A stretch of 64,000 nucleotides of DNA from Syntrophales bacterium (GTDB lineage: Bacteria > Desulfobacterota > Syntrophia > Syntrophales > UBA8958), in contig JAOAFE010000002.1 in assembly GCA_026416455.1 (NCBI GenBank), positions 24,212-88,211 of the forward strand, in the 5' to 3' direction. Every line of letters starts with the position of its first letter. Positions within the stretch are counted from its first letter, which is position 1. A model generated the notes under the pieces. That model ran no database searches. It was not told the origin of the DNA and saw only the letters and a program-made list of their open reading frames with translations. The position numbers and the translations under genes were made by a program. Shown here one piece after another: positions 9,934 through 19,500 of the stretch.

Positions 9934-10335
9934 ATGATTATCTTTGATTTAGAATGTGAGCGAGGACATAAATTCGAAGGCTGGTTTAAAGACCTGGCCG
10001 CCTTCGAAGAGCAAGAAAAGAAGAAACTTGTCTCCTGTCCCGTATGTGGCAGTGTAGATACCCGACGTCTGCCCTCCACTGTGACGGTCATGAAAAAAGA
10101 ACGCTCTTCATCACCGGAGATTTCTCCCCTCAAGTATCTGGCTATGATCCACGATTATATTGACCGACATTTTGAAGACGTGGGCGAGAGATTTGCTGAG
10201 GTGGCCCTAAAGATTCATTATGGTGAAGAAGAAAGGCGTAATATAAAAGGGACAACCACGCCAGAGGAAGAAGAAACATTAAGAGAGGAAGGGGTGGAAT
10301 TCATAAAAATTCCCCATGTTCGCTTTGATAGTTGA
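9934..10335 (+). CDS. DUF1178 family zinc-ribbon protein
   Basis: 133 aa. MIIFDLECERGHKFEGWFKD...LVSCPVCGS matches the DUF1178 N-terminal signature (C..H...CxxC). It ends 6 nt before the next ORF. Confidence 0.65.
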   Translation: MIIFDLECERGHKFEGWFKDLAAFEEQEKKKLVSCPVCGSVDTRRLPSTVTVMKKERSSSPEISPLKYLAMIHDYIDRHFEDVGERFAEVALKIHYGEEERRNIKGTTTPEEEETLREEGVEFIKIPHVRFDS

Positions 10336-10341
10336 GAGGCC

Positions 10342-12663
10342 ATGCAGCGATTGTCTTACAAGAGCATTTTGGAAGCCATTGGCCACACCCCGTTGATTGA
10401 AATTCGTCGTCTGAATCCTAACAAACAGGTAAAAATCCTCGCTAAAGTGGAAAGTTTTAATCCTGGTGGCTCCATCAAGGACCGTGCGGCCCTCTACATG
10501 ATTGAGGGTGCAGAGAAAAGGGGCGAATTGAAGCCTGGTATGACCATTCTGGAAGCCACAAGTGGTAACACCGGTATTGGTCTGGCTTTGGTAGCGGCGG
10601 CAAAGGGTTATCATCTCTGCCTTACCATGTCGGAGGGGGTAAGCGAGGAGCGAAAGAAGATTCTTCGCGCCTTGGGAGCTGAACTTATTTTTACGCCTGC
10701 CCATTTGGGCACAGATGGGGCCATTGAAGTCGCTTATCGTCTATGGCGGGAAAATCCGGGTAAATATTTCTGTACGGATCAATTCAACAATCCCGATAAT
10801 GTGAGGGCTCATTACGAGGGTACGGCAGAAGAAATATGGGAGCAGACGGGAGGAGAAGTAGACTATGTGGTCGTCGCCCTAGGTACCACAGGAACGGCTA
10901 TGGGCCTGTCACAAAAGCTAAAGGAGTATAATCCTAAAATCAAGATCATCGGAGTGGAACCCTATCTGAAACATCGCATTCAGGGCTTAAAAAACATGAA
11001 GGAGTCTTATCGACCCGGCATTTATGACCGCAAGAGGCTAGATGAGAAGATAAATATCCTCGATGAAGATGCCTTTGCTATGGCGAGAAGACTCGTTAGA
11101 GAAGAGGGGCTCTTTGTGGGTATGAGTTCGGGAGCGGCTATGTTCGTAGCCGCCCAAAAGGCCAGAGAAATAGAAAAAGGGGTAATCGTAGTGATCTTTC
11201 CCGACGGAGGAGAAAGGTATTTAAGCACCGATCTCTTCGTTCAAGAAGAAGTATGCCCCCTTTCTCTGTACAATGCCCTCACCCGTCGTAAAGAAAAGTT
11301 ACGTCCCCGGCGGCCGGGAGAAATATTGATTCATACTTGTGGACCGACGGTCCACGATGTGCCTCATTTGGGCAGTTATCGCCGATTTGTCGTCTCCGAC
11401 CTATTGAGAAGGTACCTGCTATACCGGGGATACAAGGTGACAAATCTAACAAACATAATCGATCTTGCCGATCGGACGATTCAAGGGGCGTTCAAAGAGG
11501 GTATCGATATAAAGAACTATGCGGACCGTTACGTGAAGGTGTTCCTCTCCGATTTGGAGAAACTCAACGTCGTATTAGACTCCAATTATCCAAGGGCGAG
11601 TGAGCATGTGGAAGACATGCTAAAATTGGTGGAGAAGCTGGAAGAAAAGGGATTCGCTTATGAAAAGCTCCACTCCGTGTATTTTGACATCTCCAAACTG
11701 GATACCTATGGATGTCTGTCCAACATTGACCTGCGCCAAGTGCGACTGGATAAAACCGTTGATTTTGACGATTATGAAAAAGATAGCCCCGTCGATTTTA
11801 CCCTCCTCAAAAGGGCGACCCTCCCCGAACTGAAACAGGGCGTTTACTATTCAACCAAGTGGGGGTCAGTAAGACCCAGCTGGCATCTAGAATGTGCAGC
11901 TATTGCCCTTAAGTATTTAGGAGATTGCTTCGATATCCATGTTGGGGGGGAGGATATAATCTTTCCCCATTGCGAAAATGTTTTGGCCATAGGAGAGGCC
12001 CTCACTGGCAAAAACCCAGCTGGTCATTGGATAAATACGGCACTCGTCATGGTAGACGGGAAGAAGATGTCTCGTTCCCTAAACAATACTGTGACTTTGG
12101 ACGAGTTGGAGGCAATGGGTTTTTCTGGCCGTGAGGTCAGATTTTTTCTCCTATCAACCCACTACCGGAAACCTCTCAATTATTCCATATCGACACTCAA
12201 GATGGTTCAGAATACCTTGAACCGAATAGATCACTTCGTAAGGAGGATCTTTTTTCTGCCTCCCGAGGAAAAAGGTACCGACGTTGAGCAGTGGCTATAT
12301 GAATTACGCCAGGACTTCCATGAAGCCATGGATGACGATCTAAACGTAGCAGGTGCCATGGCGGCCTTCTTCACCTTTATGAAGAAGACAAATAAGTTGC
12401 TTAACGAAGGTGGGATTTCTAGAACGGAAAAAGAAAGGGTGCTGGAGTTTCTCGGGTCTATGCATCAGGTCTTAGGCATTCTAGATTTTCCACGGGAGGA
12501 TGAAGGGGGAGAAATTGAACAATTGATTACCTTAAGAGAGGCGTTGAGAAAGGAAAAAAAGTGGGAGGCAGCGGATGAAATCAGGGAGAAATTGAGGCAG
12601 ATGGGCATCGAAGTTATAGATGCACCTCAAGGTACCCTTTGGCGAAGGGTAAAAAATTCTTGA
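10342..12663 (+). CDS. cysS: fusion protein: PLP-dependent cysteine synthase (CysM/CysK family, aa ~1-300) joined to cysteine--tRNA ligase-like enzyme (aa ~307-773)
   Basis: One uninterrupted 773-aa ORF. The N-terminal half has SFNPGGSIKDR, SGNTG, GTTGT and MSSGAA. The C-terminal half starts LSLYNALTRRKEKL...TCGPTVHD and has WHLECAA, KMSRS, DDDLN and GIEVIDAPQGTLWRR, collinear with E. coli CysRS. Confidence 0.85.
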   Translation: MQRLSYKSILEAIGHTPLIEIRRLNPNKQVKILAKVESFNPGGSIKDRAALYMIEGAEKRGELKPGMTILEATSGNTGIGLALVAAAKGYHLCLTMSEGVSEERKKILRALGAELIFTPAHLGTDGAIEVAYRLWRENPGKYFCTDQFNNPDNVRAHYEGTAEEIWEQTGGEVDYVVVALGTTGTAMGLSQKLKEYNPKIKIIGVEPYLKHRIQGLKNMKESYRPGIYDRKRLDEKINILDEDAFAMARRLVREEGLFVGMSSGAAMFVAAQKAREIEKGVIVVIFPDGGERYLSTDLFVQEEVCPLSLYNALTRRKEKLRPRRPGEILIHTCGPTVHDVPHLGSYRRFVVSDLLRRYLLYRGYKVTNLTNIIDLADRTIQGAFKEGIDIKNYADRYVKVFLSDLEKLNVVLDSNYPRASEHVEDMLKLVEKLEEKGFAYEKLHSVYFDISKLDTYGCLSNIDLRQVRLDKTVDFDDYEKDSPVDFTLLKRATLPELKQGVYYSTKWGSVRPSWHLECAAIALKYLGDCFDIHVGGEDIIFPHCENVLAIGEALTGKNPAGHWINTALVMVDGKKMSRSLNNTVTLDELEAMGFSGREVRFFLLSTHYRKPLNYSISTLKMVQNTLNRIDHFVRRIFFLPPEEKGTDVEQWLYELRQDFHEAMDDDLNVAGAMAAFFTFMKKTNKLLNEGGISRTEKERVLEFLGSMHQVLGILDFPREDEGGEIEQLITLREALRKEKKWEAADEIREKLRQMGIEVIDAPQGTLWRRVKNS

Positions 12664-12687
12664 CAAAAGAGGGGTAAAAAATTAAAG

Positions 12688-12736
12688 TTCCCAATTCGCA
12701 TCTTCTTTTAGTTGTGGGAATTTTTATCGTTTTTTC
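12688..12736 (+). terminator. weak candidate intrinsic terminator downstream of the cysteine synthase-CysRS gene
   Basis: TTCCCA (12688-12693) pairs with TGGGAA (12715-12720) across a long 21-nt loop, followed by TTTTTATCGTTTTTT. The stem is short, so confidence is low. Confidence 0.3.
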
Positions 12737-12763
12737 TAAGTTCTTTGAATTTTTGAAATACTT

Positions 12764-12836
12764 GCTGGCGTAGCTCAACGGGTAGAGCAGCTGATTTGTA
12801 ATCAGCAGGTTGCGGGTTCGAGTCCCATCGCCAGCT
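12764..12836 (+). tRNA. tRNA-Thr (anticodon UGU)
   Basis: GCTGGCG...CGCCAGC is a perfect acceptor stem. The anticodon arm is GCTGA-TTTGTAA-TCAGC and the T-loop is TTCGAGT. There is one C-A mismatch in the T stem, and CCA is not encoded. Confidence 0.88.
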
Positions 12837-12857
12837 TTCAGGGAATACCGGTTTTAT

Positions 12858-12942
12858 GGAGGGGTTCCCGAGCGGTCAAAGGGAGCAGACTGTAAATCTG
12901 CCGGCTCAGCCTTCGGAGGTTCGAATCCTCCCCCCTCCACCA
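12858..12942 (+). tRNA. tRNA-Tyr (anticodon GUA)
   Basis: Acceptor stem GGAGGGG...CCCCTCC, anticodon arm GCAGA-CTGTAAA-TCTGC, a long variable arm, T-arm GGAGG-TTCGAAT-CCTCC and an encoded CCA. Confidence 0.93.
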
Positions 12943-12988
12943 TTGATATGTGCCCGTATGTCAGGGCATGTTGAGAGGGACTGGTAAA

Positions 12989-13064
12989 GCGGGAGTAGCT
13001 CAGTGGCTAGAGCATCAGCCTTCCAAGCTGAGGGTCGCGGGTTCGAATCCCGTTTCCCGCTCCA
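12989..13064 (+). tRNA. tRNA-Gly (anticodon UCC)
   Basis: GCGGGAGTAGCTCAGTGGCTAGAGC..., anticodon loop CTTCCAA, T-arm GCGGG-TTCGAAT-CCCGT and an encoded CCA. Confidence 0.93.
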
Positions 13065-13089
13065 ATAACCTCTCATGGGGAGGAGGGCG

Positions 13090-13165
13090 GCCCACGTAGC
13101 TCAGTAGGCAGAGCACATCCTTGGTAAGGATGAGGTCACCAGTTCAATCCTGGTCGTGGGCTCCA
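13090..13165 (+). tRNA. tRNA-Thr (anticodon GGU)
   Basis: Acceptor stem GCCCACG...CGTGGGC, anticodon arm CATCC-TTGGTAA-GGATG, T-arm ACCAG-TTCAATC-CTGGT and an encoded CCA. Confidence 0.93.
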
Positions 13166-13191
13166 GTTGATAACGATGAAAGGTGCGCTCT

Positions 13192-13341
13192 ATGAGGACT
13201 ATAATTACGTTGGCTTGTACGGAATGCAAGCAAAAGAACTATACAACAACAAAGAACAAAAAGACGCTGCAGGGGAGACTGGAGCTTAAGAAATATTGTA
13301 AGTTTTGCCGGACTCATACGGTGCATCGGGAAACTAAGTAG
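13192..13341 (+). CDS. rpmG: 50S ribosomal protein L33 (Zn-ribbon form)
   Basis: 49-aa ORF below the 60-aa track cutoff: [49 protein letters not shown]. It has the CxxC...CxxC signature, GAAAGGTG upstream, and the conserved position before tRNA-Trp and secE. Confidence 0.9.
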   Translation: MRTIITLACTECKQKNYTTTKNKKTLQGRLELKKYCKFCRTHTVHRETK

Positions 13342-13353
13342 AGGTGGTTTTAC

Positions 13354-13430
13354 AGGCCAGTAGCTCTAATGGCTAGAGCGCCGGACTCCAAATCCGGAAG
13401 CTGGGGGTTCGAGTCCCTCCTGGCCTGCCA
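13354..13430 (+). tRNA. tRNA-Trp (anticodon CCA)
   Basis: Acceptor stem AGGCCAG...CTGGCCT, anticodon arm CCGGA-CTCCAAA-TCCGG, T-loop TTCGAGT and an encoded CCA. Confidence 0.93.
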
Positions 13431-13448
13431 TTTTTTGAGAGAGAGAAC

Positions 13449-13664
13449 ATGAAACCTTGGTGGGAGAAGATAAAAAGTTGGTTCGTGAAGGGGAAAGCCT
13501 TCTTACTCGACGCCAAAGCGGAGTTGAGAAAGGTTACTTGGCCCACGAGAAAGCAAACGTTGGCTTCGACGATGGTCGTTATTGTTGTTGTGTTTATTGT
13601 CTCTACCTTTCTGGGCCTGGTGGATTTTGGTTTAGTAAAACTGATAAAATTAATTTTGGGATAG
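13449..13664 (+). CDS. secE: preprotein translocase subunit SecE
   Basis: 71 aa with AELRKVTWPTRKQT followed by a single TM segment. The position before nusG is conserved. Confidence 0.9.
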   Translation: MKPWWEKIKSWFVKGKAFLLDAKAELRKVTWPTRKQTLASTMVVIVVVFIVSTFLGLVDFGLVKLIKLILG

Positions 13665-13668
13665 GGTA

Positions 13669-14199
13669 ATGGCTCACCGCTGGTATGTAGTTCATACTTA
13701 TTCTGGATTTGAAAACAGGGTAAAATTGTCCCTTATGGAACGCGTACAGGCGGCGGGAAAACAGGAATATTTTTCCGAAATTCTCATTCCCGAGGAAAAT
13801 ATTGAAGAGCTTGTGCAGGGAGAGAAAAAAACGTCGAAAAGAAAGTTTTTCCCCGGTTATATCCTGGTAAGAATGGAATTGAATGATGAAACATGGCATC
13901 TCGTCAAAAACACACCCAAAGTGACGGGTTTTATTGGCAGTAGAGAACGACCGGTACCCATCCCGGATGAGGATGTGGAGATTTTACGGAAAAGGATCGA
14001 TGAGGGGACTTTGAAGCCAAAACCGAAGTTCAAGTTCGAAGTGGGGGATCACGTAAAAATTATCGATGGTCCTTTTACGAACTTTGATGGCGTGATTGAC
14101 GAGGTGAAACCGGAGAAAGGTAAACTAAGGGTCAATGTAAGTATCTTCGGGCGGTCCACGCCGGTCGAGCTGGACTTTATTCAAGTGACCCCGATGTGA
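13669..14199 (+). CDS. nusG: transcription termination/antitermination factor NusG
   Basis: [17 protein letters not shown] domain and the KOW motif [21 protein letters not shown]. Confidence 0.95.
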   Translation: MAHRWYVVHTYSGFENRVKLSLMERVQAAGKQEYFSEILIPEENIEELVQGEKKTSKRKFFPGYILVRMELNDETWHLVKNTPKVTGFIGSRERPVPIPDEDVEILRKRIDEGTLKPKPKFKFEVGDHVKIIDGPFTNFDGVIDEVKPEKGKLRVNVSIFGRSTPVELDFIQVTPM

Positions 14200-14223
14200 A
14201 AATAATCAAGGTGGGTGCGACGT

Positions 14224-14649
14224 ATGGCCAAGAAAGTAATTGCAAATATTAAACTCCAATTAAAAGCGGGGAAGGCAACCCCTTCACCTCCCGTGGGGCC
14301 TGCGCTGGGACAGCATGGCGTAAACATAATGGAGTTCTGTAAGGCTTACAATGCCATGACCCAAAGCCAGGAGGGGACCGTGATACCGGTGGTCATCACC
14401 GTATATGCCGATAGATCTTTTACGTTCGTCACCAAGACACCTCCCGCTTCTGTTCTTCTGAAGCAGGCGGCAAAGATCGCCAAAGGATCGAGTGATCCGA
14501 AAAAGGAAAAAGTAGGCAAGGTGACGGCCAAACAGATAGAGGAAATTGCACGGCTTAAATTTAAAGACTTAAATGCCGTCGACATGGATGCGGCTATTCG
14601 CATCATAGAAGGAACGGCCAAGTCAATGGGCATTGTGATTGAAGGTTAA
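14224..14649 (+). CDS. rplK: 50S ribosomal protein L11
   Basis: [40 protein letters not shown]. The start was moved to the ATG at 14224 to match L11 N-termini (ORF track start is 14215). Confidence 0.95.
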   Translation: MAKKVIANIKLQLKAGKATPSPPVGPALGQHGVNIMEFCKAYNAMTQSQEGTVIPVVITVYADRSFTFVTKTPPASVLLKQAAKIAKGSSDPKKEKVGKVTAKQIEEIARLKFKDLNAVDMDAAIRIIEGTAKSMGIVIEG

Positions 14650-14659
14650 GGTGAGTGTC

Positions 14660-15358
14660 ATGTCGAAGAGAGGAAAGAAGTGGATCGAAGCAAAGAAGAA
14701 CATCATCCCGGGTAAAAAGTATAGTTTAAACGAAGCCATCGATCTTGTTTTAAAGTCGGCTTACGCGAAATTTGACGAAACGGTGGAAGCGGCAATACGG
14801 CTCGGAGTGAACCCTCAGCATGCGGACCAAATGGTGAGGGGCAGTGTCGTTCTTCCCCATGGCCTAGGGAAAGCGGTAAGGGTACTCGTCTTTGCCAAGG
14901 GAGAAAAGGAGAAAGAGGCCTTGGAAGCAGGTGCCGATTATGCCGGGGGTGATGAATTCATTGAAAAAATCCGTGGTGGATGGCTCGAATTTGATCGGGT
15001 TGTAGCCACGCCGGATATGATGGGAAGTGTAGGAAAATTGGGTAAGATTTTAGGACCGAGGGGACTTATGCCCAATCCCAAAGTGGGTACGGTAACCTTT
15101 GACGTAGGTCGGGCCGTAAAAGAGTTAAAGGCGGGTAAGGTGGAATTTCGGGTAGAGAGGGCAGGTATCGTTCATTCCCCCGTAGGAAAGGTATCCTTTG
15201 GTCCGGAGAAATTGAGGGAGAATATCTTGGCTCTTCTGGAGACGATAATAAAGTTAAAGCCTGCATCTAGCAAGGGTACTTATTTAAGGAGTATCGCCCT
15301 TTCTTCCACGATGGGGCCCGGGGTCAAGGTGGATCCTCTTGAAGTAAGGAATATATAG
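14660..15358 (+). CDS. rplA: 50S ribosomal protein L1
   Basis: [13 protein letters not shown]...[18 protein letters not shown] lies upstream of ATG 14660 (ORF track start is 14639). Confidence 0.95.
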   Translation: MSKRGKKWIEAKKNIIPGKKYSLNEAIDLVLKSAYAKFDETVEAAIRLGVNPQHADQMVRGSVVLPHGLGKAVRVLVFAKGEKEKEALEAGADYAGGDEFIEKIRGGWLEFDRVVATPDMMGSVGKLGKILGPRGLMPNPKVGTVTFDVGRAVKELKAGKVEFRVERAGIVHSPVGKVSFGPEKLRENILALLETIIKLKPASSKGTYLRSIALSSTMGPGVKVDPLEVRNI

Positions 15359-15536
15359 AACGGAAAGAGGTCGATCGTCTGAGACAGCAGGTACAGGAGT
15401 TTAAACGGTTGTGGCCGGCCTGCCGAGACGAGATGATTTGTAACGAGGTGGCTTGATGATAGTTACTTCTGAAGCCTGCTTATCTCGGACTTTCGATGCC
15501 GACGCCGTCAATCAGTTATAGAAAGGAGGTTGGAAG
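15359..15536 (+). promoter_or_regulatory. putative rplJ (L10) leader RNA
   Basis: An unusually long 178-nt gap in an otherwise tightly packed cluster, at the position of the known L10(L12)4 autoregulatory leader. It contains nested helices CGTCT/AGACG and GCAGG/CCTGC, plus competing pairings CCGAGA/TCTCGG and AGCAGG/CCTGCT. Confidence 0.5.
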
Positions 15537-16061
15537 TTGGATCGAAAGGAGAAAGAGCAGGTAGTAAAAGAGCTGCATGATAGGCTCAAAGCGTTCAACC
15601 TGGCCGTTCTTGCCGAGTATAGCGGTTTGGATGTGGAGCGCATGACCGCCCTTCGACGGGGGTTGAGGAACGCTTCAGCAGAGCTACGGGTGGTGAAGAA
15701 TACGCTATTGAGAATTGCCTCGGAAGGAACGGAATTTAGTATCGTTCATGATTATCTGAAGGGTCCTTTGGCGCTTGTGCTGACGAACGGTGATCCCGTG
15801 GAGGCAGCTAAAGTACTTTCAGAATTCGCCAAAAAAAACGCGGAGCTCAATGTTAAAATAGGGGTCTTAAGTGGGAGGCTTTTAACTAAGGAGCAGTTAG
15901 AGGCCTTGGCTCAGCTACCGAGCAGGGAAGTGCTCATTGGCAAATTGCTTTCCGTCATGATTGCCGCCCAAGGGTCCCTGGTCAATGTCTTAAGCGCTGT
16001 ACCAAGGAGTTTCGTACAGGTTTTAAATGCATATCGAGAGAAGAAAGAAAAGCTAAACTAA
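15537..16061 (+). CDS. rplJ: 50S ribosomal protein L10
   Basis: TTG start 6 nt after GAAAGGAGG. KEQVVKELHDRLKAFNLAVLAEYSGLDVERMTALRRGLR is the L10 signature. Confidence 0.95.
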   Translation: MDRKEKEQVVKELHDRLKAFNLAVLAEYSGLDVERMTALRRGLRNASAELRVVKNTLLRIASEGTEFSIVHDYLKGPLALVLTNGDPVEAAKVLSEFAKKNAELNVKIGVLSGRLLTKEQLEALAQLPSREVLIGKLLSVMIAAQGSLVNVLSAVPRSFVQVLNAYREKKEKLN

Positions 16062-16085
16062 TAGATAGGAAAGGGATAGGAGAAA

Positions 16086-16469
16086 ATGGCCATCACGAAA
16101 GAAGATGTTATAAAGTTCATCGAAAATATGACGGTATTGGAGCTCTCTGAGCTCGTCAAGGAACTGGAGCAGCGGTTTGGTGTGTCGGCTGCGGCCCCGG
16201 TCGCCGTGGCAGCGGTAGCCGCACCTGGGGCAGCTCCCGCAGAACAGGCTGAAGAAAAGACGGAGTTTGATGTGATCCTTACGAGTTTTGGGGCAGAAAA
16301 GATTCAAGTGATAAAGGTCGTAAGGGCGATTACGGGTCTTGGTTTGAAAGAGGCTAAGGACTTGGTAGAAGGTGTCCCCAAACCGATTAAGGAAGGGGTC
16401 TCCAAGGACGAGGCGGCGGAAATAAAGAAAAAGATCGAAGAAGTTGGCGGAACGGTCGAAATTAAATAG
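16086..16469 (+). CDS. rplL: 50S ribosomal protein L7/L12
   Basis: [28 protein letters not shown], an Ala/Pro hinge, and the C-terminal [12 protein letters not shown]... Confidence 0.96.
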   Translation: MAITKEDVIKFIENMTVLELSELVKELEQRFGVSAAAPVAVAAVAAPGAAPAEQAEEKTEFDVILTSFGAEKIQVIKVVRAITGLGLKEAKDLVEGVPKPIKEGVSKDEAAEIKKKIEEVGGTVEIK

Positions 16470-16502
16470 CGACGCCGGATAATGAAAAGAGTAAGAGTAT
16501 TT

Positions 16503-16546
16503 ACAAGTTGCCCGCAGGCAGAAGCGGGCAACTTGTCTGCTTTTTT
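16503..16546 (+). terminator. rplL-rpoB intergenic intrinsic terminator/attenuator
   Basis: Perfect 13-bp stem ACAAGTTGCCCGC (16503-16515) / GCGGGCAACTTGT (16524-16536) with an 8-nt loop, followed by CTGCTTTTTT. Its position is equivalent to the classical partial terminator before rpoB. Confidence 0.8.
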
Positions 16547-16580
16547 GAGAAAACAAAAAATTTAATGATGAAAGGGAATT

Positions 16581-19500
16581 ATGACAGCACTGAACAAAGT
16601 TTTCGGTCGCATCAGGAAGGTAATTGACATACCGAATCTCATCGATATTCAGATCAAGTCCTATGAGAAGTTTCTTCAAAAGGACGTTGATCCGGATAGG
16701 CGGGGTAATTTTGGCCTTCAGGGGGCATTCAAAAGTGTCTTCCCCATTTCCGATTATAGTAAGAAATGTTCTTTGGAGTTTGTGAGTTATAAAATCGGTG
16801 AGGCGCGGTATGATGAGAAGGAATGCATGCAAAAAGGGATGACTTACGCTGCTCCCTTGAGAATTGTGGTGCGCCTCCTCGTATTTGATGTCGATCCCGT
16901 AACCCAGCAGAGGCAGATTAGCAACATAAAGGAGCAAGAGATATATTTTGGGGAAATACCGTTGATGACGGAGAAAGGAACGTTCATCATCAACGGAACG
17001 GAAAGGGTTATCGTAAGCCAGCTCCATCGATCCCCTGGTATCTTTTTCGACCATGACAAGGGAAAAACTTTAACGAGCGGTAAGGTTATCTATTCGGCCC
17101 GGGTTATTCCTATCCGGGGATCTTGGCTCGATTTTGAGTTCGATTCTAAGGATATCCTCCACGTTCGCATCGACCGCAGGCGAAAAATGCCGGTTACCGT
17201 TCTGCTTAAAGCTCTGGGCAACGATACGGAATTTATCCTTAATTATTTCTATGAGATAGAACATGTGGTGAGAGAGGACGGACAATTTTTCATGGCGGTG
17301 GGGGAAGCTTTATTGGGAGAAAAAGCGCCCATAGATATTGAAGATCCGAGAACAAAAGAAGTTATTATTCGAAAGGGCCGGAAGATAAATAAGCTTATGC
17401 TTCGCCGCATGACCGATGCAGGGGTGAAGTACGTACCCGTTGAAGAAGAAACTTTGATCGGCAAGATTCTGTCCCGAGATGTGAAGGATCCTTTGACGGG
17501 GGAAGCCTTGCGTCGCTGTAATGAAGAATTGACTGCCCAGGACTTGGAGGAAATCAAAAAGAGGGGCATAAAAGAACTAGATTTCATCCATATGGACGAG
17601 GATCGTTCCAATGCCTCAATTAGGGAAACCTTGCTCGTGGATAAGATAGAGACGAAGGAAGACGCGATAATAGAAATCTATCGACGCCTGAGGCCGAGTA
17701 ATCCCCCCACACCGGAAACGGCGACGGCCTTTTTCAACAGCCTCTTTTTTGATCCTGATACTTACGATCTCTCCAATGTAGGTCGAGCCAAAATGAATTA
17801 CAAGCTGCGCCTCGATGTGCCTACTGATGTGACCGTATTACGAAATGAAGACATCTTGGCGGCAGTCAAATACCTCTTGGATTTGAAAAACGGATCCAGT
17901 GATTGTTCCGTTGACGATATAGATCACTTAGGTAACCGGCGAGTGCGGTCCGTTGGGGAGCTGGTGGAAAATCAGTTCCGGATTGGATTGGTAAGAATGG
18001 AGCGGGCGATAAAAGAAAAAATGACCCTTCATGATATAGAAACTCTCATGCCCCATGATCTCGTCAATGCAAAACCTGTTACGGCGGTGGTAAACGAATT
18101 TTTTGGCAGCTCTCAATTGTCTCAGTTTATGGATCAGACAAATCCCCTTTCGGAGATAACCCACAAAAGGCGCTTGTCGGCCCTCGGTCCGGGAGGACTT
18201 ACAAGAGAACGCGCGGGATTTGAAGTGCGGGACGTGCATCCCAGTCATTATGGCCGTATCTGTCCAGTGGAGACACCGGAAGGGCCCAACATAGGATTGA
18301 TCGTATCGTTGAGCACTTATGCCAGAGTGAACGAGTTTGGATTTATCGAAACTCCGTATCGCGTAGTGGAGAATGGAAAACTGACGGATAAAATCCGTTT
18401 CCTTACGGCCATGGAGGAAGAAGACTACTATATTGCTCCTGCCGATTGGCCCGTAGATAGTGAAGGGAGGCTCATAGGAGAGCTGATTACGGTACGCAAG
18501 GGTGGAGATTTCCCGTTGGTGGAGCCGGAAGAAGTGGGTTTGATGGATGTTTCGCCCAACCAGCTCGTATCGGTGGCCGCTACTTTGATACCTTTCCTCG
18601 AACACGACGATGCGAACCGTGCCCTCATGGGATCCAATATGCAGCGGCAGGCGGTGCCCCTCATGAAACCGGCCATTCCCCTTATTGGAACGGGCATGGA
18701 GCCAATTGTAGCCAGAGATTCGGGTGCCGTAGTTGTTGCCCGCCGAGATGGGGTCGTGGAGAGTGTAGATGCCTCGCGAATTGTGATCAAGTGTGACGGT
18801 GTGGAAGAGGATGGTCTGGATGTGGGTGTGGATATTTATAACCTGGTGAAGTACCAGCGTTCCAATCAGGATACCTGTTTCAATCAGCGATGTCTGGTGA
18901 ACAAAGGAGATCGGGTAAAAAAAGGAGATATTATAGCTGATGGACCTGCTACCGACCAAGGGGCCTTAGCCTTAGGACGAAATGTGTTGGTGGCCTTCAT
19001 GTCTTGGGGTGGCTATAACTATGAGGATTCCATTTTAGTGAGCGAAAGGATTGTAAAAGAGGATATTTACACGTCCATCCATATTGAAGAATTCGAGGTC
19101 ATGGCCCGGGATACGAAACAGGGCAAGGAAGAAATCACACGGGATATTCCTAATGTGGGAGAAGAGGCACTGAGAAATCTCGATGATAGTGGTATTGTTC
19201 GAATGGGCGTGTACGTGAAACCCGGGGATATCTTGGTAGGGAAGGTAACCCCGAAAGGGGAGGTCCAGCTTTCACCAGAAGAGAAGCTGCTTCGTTCGAT
19301 ATTCGGTGAGAAGGCAAGCGATGTCAGAGATACATCGTTACGCGTTCCTCCGGGAGTGGAGGGAACCGTCATCGATGCCAAGATCTTTACTCGCAAAGGG
19401 ATAGAGAAAGATTTCCGCACGCAGAGAATAGAAGAAGAGGCGATTGCGGATTTGAGAAAAGACCGAGACGATGAAATCCGTATTATTGAGGATTCCGTGA

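Noticed and set aside
10279-10704. 141-aa minus-strand ORF overlapping the DUF1178 end and the cysteine synthase N-terminus
   Set aside because: It is antisense to the PLP-lysine region (SFNPGGSIKDR), which is unmistakably coding on the plus strand.
12664-13448. tRNA cluster considered as a possible integration hotspot or genomic-island boundary
   Set aside because: There is no integrase, no direct repeat of a tRNA 3' end and no foreign gene nearby. The tRNAs are flanked by conserved core genes in the canonical order.
16053-17054. 333-aa minus-strand ORF spanning rplL, the rplL-rpoB terminator and the rpoB start
   Set aside because: It lies antisense to three well-supported features. The translated sequence has no family resemblance, and it would have to read through a 13-bp terminator stem.
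17928-18959. 343-aa ORF on the minus strand inside rpoB
   Set aside because: It is entirely antisense to the highly conserved rpoB reading frame. The sequence is low-complexity, rich in His, Arg and Ser, with no recognisable motifs and no RBS. Long stop-free antisense frames are expected opposite strongly codon-biased genes.
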